The notes beneath the pieces were generated by a model. The model was given only the letters and a program-made list of their open reading frames with translations, did no database searches and was not told the origin of the DNA. Positions 57,113-64,000 of a stretch of DNA of 64,000 nucleotides are shown piece after piece. The DNA comes from Alphaproteobacteria bacterium (GTDB lineage Bacteria > Pseudomonadota > Alphaproteobacteria > Bin95). A program made the position numbers and the translations under genes. The DNA lies in contig OZ224045.1 in NCBI GenBank assembly GCA_963665325.3, forward strand, positions 2,464,001-2,528,000, given 5' to 3'. The first letter of the stretch is position 1; each line of letters opens with the position of its first letter.

Positions 57113-57739
57113 TCAGGTCAGCGGAATGCCGGCGACATGTTCGGCAAAGGCCGGGCGCTCGGCCAGCCGGGCTAGCCAGGCGTCGCAATTGGGCAGGCTT
57201 GCGCGTTCGATGACTGGCAAGCGGGTATAGCGACAGTAGAAGGCGCCAACCGGGATATCGCCCATGGTGAAGCGGTGGCCGGCGACGAAGTCGCGGTCGG
57301 CAAGATGGGCGTCGAGAATGCCCCAGATCGATTGCAGCGCTGCAGCGGCGCGTTGGATCGCACCCATGTCGCGTTCGGCTTCCGGCGTGCGGACCACGCC
57401 CCAGAAGACGGGCGTCATCTGCGGCTGGAGCGAGGCGACTGCCCAGTCCATCCAGCGGTCGGCGAGCGTTCGCTCCGCCGGGTCCTCCGGCCAAAGCCCG
57501 CCGGCGTCGTGGATCGCGCCCAGATAGCGGACGATCGTATGGCTTTCCCAGATGACCGTGTCGCCATCGACCAGCACCGGCACCAGGCCGTTCGGGTTCA
57601 TGGCGCGGTATTCCGGCGTGTCGTTGCCGCCGAATTGCCCGCCGACATCGAGGCGCTCATGGGCCAGCCCGATCTCGCCGACCGCCCACATCGCCTTCTG
57701 CACATTGATCGAGTTGGGGCGTCCGTGAATTGTGAGCAT
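57113..57739 (-). CDS. Glutathione S-transferase (GstB-like)
   Basis: GRPNSINVQK, MNPNGLVP, WESHTIVRYL, DRWMDW. Confidence 0.92.
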   Translation of the reverse strand: MLTIHGRPNSINVQKAMWAVGEIGLAHERLDVGGQFGGNDTPEYRAMNPNGLVPVLVDGDTVIWESHTIVRYLGAIHDAGGLWPEDPAERTLADRWMDWAVASLQPQMTPVFWGVVRTPEAERDMGAIQRAAAALQSIWGILDAHLADRDFVAGHRFTMGDIPVGAFYCRYTRLPVIERASLPNCDAWLARLAERPAFAEHVAGIPLT

Positions 57740-57744
57740 CCCGG

Positions 57745-58398
57745 CTACTCCCCGTCGCCCGCGGCGGAACCGAGTGCCTCCCAGGGCTCGCCCCAGCGGT
57801 CGAGATAGACGATTTCCTCGAGCGGCCCTCGCCCGACCGGGCCGAAATTGCCCATCGGCCAGCCGATGGGAAGGATGGCATAGGATTCCACGCCGGGTGG
57901 CAGGCCGAGCGCCCGTTCACTCTCTTCCTCGAACAAGAGATGGCGGGTGGTCAGCGTCGAGCCGAGACCGAGCCCGCGCGCCGCCAGCAGCATGTTCTGT
58001 ACTGCCGGATAGATCGAAGCGCCCGACATGCGGGTCGGCGCCTCGCCTTCCGCCAGGCAGGCGACGATCCAGACCGGCGCCTCGTCGAAATGCTCGGTCA
58101 GGTATTCCACGGCGTCGTGCTGGCGGTGGTATTTCGCCGCCGAACTACCAGGCGGCGGTGCGCTCTGCTTGTAACGCGGTCCGATGATCTCGTCGAAGGC
58201 GCGCTGGTAGTGCACTTTGACCGCCTGCTTGATCGCCCGGTCCTTGATGACCAGGAAGCGCCAGCGCTGGAAATTGCCGCCGTTCGCGGCAGAAGCGCCA
58301 GCCTCCAGGATCTTGCGGATCAGCTCGTCCGGCACCGGGTCCGGCTTCAGCCGGCGCATGGCGCGGGTGCCGTGCAGGACTTCAAAGAGTTCGGGCAT
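57745..58398 (-). CDS. Nitroreductase family protein
   Basis: RAMRRLKPDPVP, NGGNFQRW, SIYPAVQNMLLAARGLGLG, LPIGWP. Confidence 0.88.
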   Translation of the reverse strand: MPELFEVLHGTRAMRRLKPDPVPDELIRKILEAGASAANGGNFQRWRFLVIKDRAIKQAVKVHYQRAFDEIIGPRYKQSAPPPGSSAAKYHRQHDAVEYLTEHFDEAPVWIVACLAEGEAPTRMSGASIYPAVQNMLLAARGLGLGSTLTTRHLLFEEESERALGLPPGVESYAILPIGWPMGNFGPVGRGPLEEIVYLDRWGEPWEALGSAAGDGE

Positions 58399-58511
58399 GA
58401 GATCGAGGGCCTCCGTCCGTGTTTCGGGATGCGGCAGATGCGGAAGGCTTATGGATAGAGGCTTTCGGCAGCCGACGGAAGCGGGACGCGCAGGGCGTCG
58501 GGAGCCTTCTG

Positions 58512-59543
58512 CTATGAGGCGCCGGCGACGACTGCATGCGGCGGCACACAGTCGTCGCCGACCAAATGGCAGGAGACCAGATGCCCCTTGCGTACTTCGC
58601 GCAGGGCCGGCTTTTCGCGGTGGCATCGGTCCACGGCGAAAGGACAGCGCGGCGCGAAACGGCAGCCGGGCGGCGGGTCGATGGGATTGGGCGGGTCGCC
58701 CTGGAGGCGGACCCGGCTGTCCTTCCCGCTGGTGCGGCGTCTCGCCGATGGCACTGCCGAAATCAACGCCCACGTGTAGGGATGCAGCGGGAGGGTGAAG
58801 AGCGAGACACGGTCCGACTGTTCGACGATCTCGCCGAGATACATGACCGCGATGTCGTCGCAGATATGCTGCACCACGCCGAGGTCGTGGGAGATGAACA
58901 GGTAGGTCAGGCCGAACCCGTCCTGCAATTCGCGCAGCAGGTTCAGAATCTGGGCCTGGATCGCCACATCGAGGGCGGATACCGGTTCGTCGCAGACGAT
59001 CAGCTCCGGCTGGGTCGCAAGCGCCCTTGCCACGCCGATGCGCTGGCGCTGTCCGCCCGAGAACTGATGGGGGAAGAGGGCCCTCTGTTCGGGCCTCAGG
59101 CCCACCCGGCGGAATAATTCGGCAACCCGGCCGTCACGTTCGCCCGGTCCGCCGACGCCCATGAGGTCCATGGGCTCGCGTACGATGGCGCCGGCCCGCA
59201 TGCGTGGATTGAGGGACGAATAGGGATCCTGGAAAACGATCTGGATCTTGCGACGGATTTCGCGCAGCGCGTCTCCCGCCAGGGTCGTCATTTCGACGCC
59301 GTCCAGCTCGATCGATCCGCCGGTGATGGGCACCAGCCGCATGGCGGCAAGCGCAGCTGTGGTTTTGCCCGATCCGCTCTCGCCGACGATGCCGAAGGTC
59401 GAACCCCGGCGTACCTTGTAACTGATGCCATCCACGGCATGGACCGTGCCGCCGGGAGTCACCATATTGCGGCGCGGCAGGCGGAAATGGACCTTGAGAT
59501 CCCGGACCTCGAGCAGGCCATCGCCGCCAGCATCCGCAGTCAT
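58512..59543 (-). CDS. Oligopeptide/dipeptide ABC ATPase (OppF/DppF-like)
   Basis: GESGSGKT, FSGGQRQR, DEPVSALD, C-terminal CRFAPRC. Confidence 0.93.
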   Translation of the reverse strand: MTADAGGDGLLEVRDLKVHFRLPRRNMVTPGGTVHAVDGISYKVRRGSTFGIVGESGSGKTTAALAAMRLVPITGGSIELDGVEMTTLAGDALREIRRKIQIVFQDPYSSLNPRMRAGAIVREPMDLMGVGGPGERDGRVAELFRRVGLRPEQRALFPHQFSGGQRQRIGVARALATQPELIVCDEPVSALDVAIQAQILNLLRELQDGFGLTYLFISHDLGVVQHICDDIAVMYLGEIVEQSDRVSLFTLPLHPYTWALISAVPSARRRTSGKDSRVRLQGDPPNPIDPPPGCRFAPRCPFAVDRCHREKPALREVRKGHLVSCHLVGDDCVPPHAVVAGAS

Positions 59544-60541
59544 GCCACGCCCGCCTCGTCATGGAGCCAGCAGGCGGCGCGGTGGTCTTCGCCGATTTCG
59601 AACGGCTGCGGCGCAACGCGCCGGCACCGGTCGGCGGCATGGGCGCAGCGCGGCGCGAAGGAGCAGCCGGCGGCAAGGTCGGTCAGGGCTGGAACAACGC
59701 CCGGGATTTCTGTCAGTGCGCTGCGTTCCGGCGGCGGCACCTCCTCCATGTGTGGCACGCAGGAAATCAGGCCCTGCGTATACGGGTGCTTCGGGCTGTC
59801 CAGAATCTCTTCGGTCGAGGCTTCCTCGACGATGCGGCCGGCATACATGACCATCACGCGGTCAGCCATTTCGGCGATGACGCCCATGTCGTGGCTGATC
59901 AGGATGATGGCCGTGCCCGTCTTTTCCTGCAGCTCCTTCAACAGATCGAAGACCTGCGCCTGAACCGTCACGTCCAGCGCGGTGGTCGGCTCATCCGCGA
60001 TCAGCACGCTCGGCTGGCAGGCAAGCGCCATCGCGATCATCACCCGCTGGCGCATCCCGCCCGACATCTGGTGGGGGAATTCGCGTATGCGGCGTTCGGC
60101 GGCGGGGATATGCACGGCCTTCAGCATTTCGACGGCGCGGTCGAGAGAGTCCCTCCGGCCAAGCCCCTCATGCAGGCGGACGGTCTCGGCGATCTGGTCG
60201 CCGATGGAATAAACCGGATTCAGAGAGGTCATCGGCTCCTGGAAAATCATGGAGATGTCCTTGCCGCGCACCTCCCGCATGCGCTTCTCGGTGACCTGCA
60301 GCAGGTCTTCGCCCTTCAGCCGGACCGAGCCGGCCCCGATCCGTCCGGGCGGCACCGGCACCAGGCGCATGATCGAAAGCGCGGTCATGCTCTTCCCGCA
60401 ACCGGATTCGCCGACGATTCCAAGCGTCCGGCCGGCTTGCAGCGACAAGGCGATACCGTCGAGCACCCGGGCGACGCCATTGCGGGTGCCGAACTCGACC
60501 TCCAGGCCTTCGACTTCCAGCAGGGGCGCGCCGGCGTCCAA
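59540..60541 (-). CDS. Oligopeptide/dipeptide ABC ATPase (OppD/DppD-like)
   Basis: [24 protein letters not shown]. Confidence 0.93.
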   Translation of the reverse strand: MDAGAPLLEVEGLEVEFGTRNGVARVLDGIALSLQAGRTLGIVGESGCGKSMTALSIMRLVPVPPGRIGAGSVRLKGEDLLQVTEKRMREVRGKDISMIFQEPMTSLNPVYSIGDQIAETVRLHEGLGRRDSLDRAVEMLKAVHIPAAERRIREFPHQMSGGMRQRVMIAMALACQPSVLIADEPTTALDVTVQAQVFDLLKELQEKTGTAIILISHDMGVIAEMADRVMVMYAGRIVEEASTEEILDSPKHPYTQGLISCVPHMEEVPPPERSALTEIPGVVPALTDLAAGCSFAPRCAHAADRCRRVAPQPFEIGEDHRAACWLHDEAGVA

Positions 60542-60544
60542 GCG

Positions 60545-61426
60545 TCAACGCTCCCGGAGCCGGGGGTTGAAAGCGTCGTTGAGCCCGTCCCCGATCAGGC
60601 TGACGGCAAGCACGGTAAAGAAAATCGCAACGCCGGGAATGGTTACCGTCCAAGGGGCGTCCAGCAGGTAGTCGCGGTTGTCGCCGATCAGCTTGCCCCA
60701 GCTCATCACATTGGGATCGCTAAGCCCGAGGAAGCTGAGCGCAGCCTCGAACAGGATGGCGATGCCGACGGTGAGCGCGGCATTGACGATCAGCGGCGGC
60801 AGGGCGTTGGGAAGGATTACACGCCAGATGATGCGACGGTCGCGGGACCCGATGGAGCGCGCGGCCTTTACGAATTCCAGCTCGCGGATACGCATGAATT
60901 CGGCCCGTGCAAGACGCGCCACGCCGGTCCAGGTCACGACGCCAATGGCGATGGCGACGGTGGTGAGCGTCGGCGAGAACAGCGATACCAGCACCATCGC
61001 AAGCAGCAGCGGCGGCAGTACCTGGAAGAACTCGGTGATGCGCATCAATACTTCATCGACCCAGCCCCGGTAGTAGCCGGCGAGTGAGCCGATGGTGAGG
61101 CCGATGACGATGGTGAGCGCCGCCGCCGAAGCGCCCACTACCAGGGTTGCGCGTGCCCCGTAGAGGATTGCCGTCAGCATGTCGCGGCCCAGATTGTCGG
61201 TGCCGAGTATGTAGCCGTCCTGGCCCGGCGGCGTGAACGGCATCCACACCATCTCGAAGGGGTCCACAGCCAGGATCAAGGGCGCGAAAAGCGCCGCGAA
61301 GACGATTGTAGAGAAGACCAGGAAACCCGCGACCGCCGCCCAATTGCGCACATACATGCGCAGGAACTCAAAGACGGGACGCTCGACGCGGACTGTCTCG
61401 GGCCCGGTTGTGTGCAGGTCCCTCAT
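60545..61426 (-). CDS. Peptide ABC permease (OppC/DppC-like)
   Basis: LGTDNLGRD, EAA-like loop EFVKAARSIG, EAALSFLGL. Confidence 0.93.
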   Translation of the reverse strand: MRDLHTTGPETVRVERPVFEFLRMYVRNWAAVAGFLVFSTIVFAALFAPLILAVDPFEMVWMPFTPPGQDGYILGTDNLGRDMLTAILYGARATLVVGASAAALTIVIGLTIGSLAGYYRGWVDEVLMRITEFFQVLPPLLLAMVLVSLFSPTLTTVAIAIGVVTWTGVARLARAEFMRIRELEFVKAARSIGSRDRRIIWRVILPNALPPLIVNAALTVGIAILFEAALSFLGLSDPNVMSWGKLIGDNRDYLLDAPWTVTIPGVAIFFTVLAVSLIGDGLNDAFNPRLRER

Positions 61427-62409
61427 GCGTTGCGCGCCGAGCGTATTCGGGGGTCCACGAGGCGGTAGGTGAGGTCGGTCAGCAGATTGACGACAATGAC
61501 GATCATGGCGGAGAAGAACAGGATGCCCATGATCGTCGGCGTGTCGCCGCGCAGGATCGACTCGAAGGCCAGCGTGCCCAGTCCGGGCCAGGTGAACACG
61601 GTCTCCACCACCACAGCGCCCGAAAAGATATGGGAGAATTGCAGCCCCGCGATCGTGATGACCGGGATGATCGCATTGCGGAGCGCGTGCTTGTAGGTGA
61701 CGGCGGTTTCGCCCAGACCCTTGGCGCGGGCCGTGCGAATGTAGTCCGAACCGAGCACATCCATCATGCTCGCCCGCGCGAGTCGGCTATATGCGGCCAG
61801 ATAGATCGATGACAGCGACAGCACCGGCAGGAACAGGTGGTGCAGCACGTCGAGGTACCAGGTAAGCGTGCCTCTCGGCGTGGTCGGGTCCACGAGGCCC
61901 GAGAGCGGCATGATCTCCAGCATGGCGACGAACAGCACGATCAGCAGGAACGCGGTCCAGAAGACAGGCGCGGAGAAGCCGACCAAGGCGAGCACGGTGA
62001 CGAAATGGCTGAACAGCCCGTTCGGCTTTCGGGAGGCGATGACGCCGAACAGCGTGCCGATCAGGATTGCCAGGACGAGCGCCGTGATCACCAGCAGCAG
62101 GGTCGGCGCGATGCGCCCGAGGATGAGTTCCGTGACTGGCATGTTGAAGTAGTAGGACATGCCTAGGTCGCCTTGGACCACCTTGCCCACATAGGTCGCC
62201 AGCTGGATATGGAACGGCCGGTCGAGCCCGTAGGTGCGGCGGATGTCGGCCATCACCTCTTCGCTGGCGCCGCCGCTTTCCCCGGCAAGCGTGTCGGCGA
62301 TATCGCCGGGCACCAGGGACAGGAGGATGAAGTTGAAGACGATAACGGCCAGCAGCAATGCAGCAGCGTAAAAGAGGCGCTGGGCGATAACGGTCAGGAA
62401 TGCGATGAC
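61423..62409 (-). CDS. Peptide ABC permease (OppB/DppB-like); start codon unclear
   Basis: PGD, YGLDRP, GDLG.S, DYIRTARAKGL, VETVFTWPGLG; the frame stays open upstream of TTG 62358 through a conserved-looking N-terminus. Confidence 0.9.
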   Translation of the reverse strand, partial: VIAFLTVIAQRLFYAAALLLAVIVFNFILLSLVPGDIADTLAGESGGASEEVMADIRRTYGLDRPFHIQLATYVGKVVQGDLGMSYYFNMPVTELILGRIAPTLLLVITALVLAILIGTLFGVIASRKPNGLFSHFVTVLALVGFSAPVFWTAFLLIVLFVAMLEIMPLSGLVDPTTPRGTLTWYLDVLHHLFLPVLSLSSIYLAAYSRLARASMMDVLGSDYIRTARAKGLGETAVTYKHALRNAIIPVITIAGLQFSHIFSGAVVVETVFTWPGLGTLAFESILRGDTPTIMGILFFSAMIVIVVNLLTDLTYRLVDPRIRSARNA

Positions 62410-62475
62410 GCGTCTATCCTCGGCTCAAGGTCCCTGTGCCGGGGCGAACCAGGGTCGGTTCGCCCCGGTGCCGGG

Positions 62476-64000
62476 CTACTTGATGTAAATCTCGTCCCAC
62501 GGTGAGCACACGCCCCAGATGGAATCCACGGGCGGATTACCGATACGGTTGTGATTGAAGACCGTGTGGTAAGGCGAGGTGTGCAGATAGGCGATGGGCG
62601 CCTCATCGACGACCATCTTCTGCATCTCCTGGTAGAGCGCCGCGCGCTTGTCCCGGTCCAGTTCCTTGCCGGCCTTCTCCATGACGGCATCGACCTCGGC
62701 GTTCTGGAACTGCTGGGTGTTGTGCCACGGCACGCCCGGGCGGATGTTCGTGGACTGGTAGGTGCGGTGGACGCCGATCACCGGGTCGCCCCAGTTGAAG
62801 ACCGAGTCCATCGTCATATCGAACTCGTGGTTGGAGACGGTCTTGATCCAGGCGCGGAAGTCCGCCGACGCCTTGATGGTGACGTCGATGCCGACCTTCT
62901 TGAGCTGCGCCTTGACGAACTCCGTCTTGCGTTTCCAGGTGCCACCGGCCGGGATGTAGTCAAGCGTGGTGCGGATGCGGATGCCGTCCGCATCGGGCGT
63001 GTAGCCGGCCTCGTCGAGCAGCGCCTTCGCCTTTTCGACATCGTAGCTATACGGGTTCACGTCCTTCGGGCCGAACACGCTGCCCGGATGGATCGGGCCG
63101 AGCGAGCGCTGCGCATAGCCGCCATAGAGCACCTTCAGGATGAATTCCTTGTCGATGGCGTAGGCGACGGCTTGGCGCACGCGCTTGTCGTCGAACGGCT
63201 TGCGCTTGGTGTTGAAGGCCAGCCACTCCAGCGGGCCGATGGCCGAATAGCCGTCCGGCGTCAGCGTCAGGTGGTCGTTCTTCTTCAGCCGGTCGAGGAA
63301 CGGCGCGTCGGACTCGAAGGCGGTCAGGTCCACGTCACCCTTCTCAAGCGAGATCACGCGGCTCGTCGTCTCGGAGATCTTCTTGTAGACGATCCGGTCG
63401 ATATAGGGCTTGCCCTCGAGGAAATAATCCTCGTTGCGCTCCATGATGATGTATTCGCCGGGCTTGAACTCCTTCAGCTTGAAAGGGCCGGAGCCGACCA
63501 CGTTCTGGCTGTTTTGCGGATGCTGGCGGATATTGTCGGTGTTTCCGTACACATGCTTGGGAATGACCACGCCGAGCTGTGAGGAGAACGCCAGAAGGAT
63601 CGCCGGGTGCGGGCTGCTGAGGTTGAACACTGCGGTTAACGGGTCCGGCGTGTCGATCGACTCCACCGGCGCATACATCGGCTTGAACGGATGATGCTCC
63701 TGGTAGGTCTCGATGGAGAACTTTACATCCTCCGACGTGATCTGCTTGCCATCGTGGAAACGGGCATTGTCGCGCAACTTGACGGTCACCTTGAGGCCGC
63801 CGTCGGAGATCTCCCAGCTTTCCGCCAGATAGGGCTTGGGGTTCCACTCGTCGTCGAACCGGAGCAGCGCTGCGAACAGCTGGGTTCCGGGAATGCCGGT
63901 GGGCGTACCGGAGGCAATCGTCGGATTGAAATGTCCGGCGATGATCCGGTACGAGAAAGTAAGGGTTCCGCCACGCTTGGGCTCCTCTGCCGCCGCCACC
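62476..64000 (-). CDS. ABC transporter substrate-binding protein, family 5 (5' end outside window)
   Basis: PKRGGTL, LAESW, FHDG, GSGPFKL, PFDDKRVRQA. Confidence 0.93.
   Translation of the reverse strand, partial: VAAAEEPKRGGTLTFSYRIIAGHFNPTIASGTPTGIPGTQLFAALLRFDDEWNPKPYLAESWEISDGGLKVTVKLRDNARFHDGKQITSEDVKFSIETYQEHHPFKPMYAPVESIDTPDPLTAVFNLSSPHPAILLAFSSQLGVVIPKHVYGNTDNIRQHPQNSQNVVGSGPFKLKEFKPGEYIIMERNEDYFLEGKPYIDRIVYKKISETTSRVISLEKGDVDLTAFESDAPFLDRLKKNDHLTLTPDGYSAIGPLEWLAFNTKRKPFDDKRVRQAVAYAIDKEFILKVLYGGYAQRSLGPIHPGSVFGPKDVNPYSYDVEKAKALLDEAGYTPDADGIRIRTTLDYIPAGGTWKRKTEFVKAQLKKVGIDVTIKASADFRAWIKTVSNHEFDMTMDSVFNWGDPVIGVHRTYQSTNIRPGVPWHNTQQFQNAEVDAVMEKAGKELDRDKRAALYQEMQKMVVDEAPIAYLHTSPYHTVFNHNRIGNPPVDSIWGVCSPWDEIYIK

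Overview
GC-rich chromosomal window, most likely from an alphaproteobacterium. The gene order dnaX-ybaB-recR next to ffs, plus hflKC-DUF2065, purD/xseA, ccmABC and alphaproteobacterial-type REP palindromes, supports this. Most of it is housekeeping and small-molecule catabolism: several Fe(II)/2-oxoglutarate dioxygenases, CaiB CoA-transferases, a Co-type nitrile hydratase operon, two dehalogenase-like genes and a peptide ABC transporter. It also contains tRNA-Val(GAC) and SRP RNA. Two non-housekeeping features stand out. (1) An AT-rich island (~21.6-27.0 kb) holds a membrane-protein gene split cleanly by a 3819-bp IS1595-family cargo transposon with perfect 24-bp TIRs and an 8-bp CAAATTTT target duplication. 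The element carries a GT25 glycosyltransferase, several orphan ORFs and a ~380-nt highly structured non-coding region. (2) Two homologous copies of an unannotated intergenic module (51.6-52.0 kb and 53.0-53.2 kb) bracket a hydrolase gene. Each copy reads promoter, conserved terminator-like hairpin, RBS plus short ORF, then CATGAC repeated at exact 10-bp spacing, which puts overlapping ATGA start/stop codons in all three frames. All calls come from reading motifs by eye; no database searches were run.
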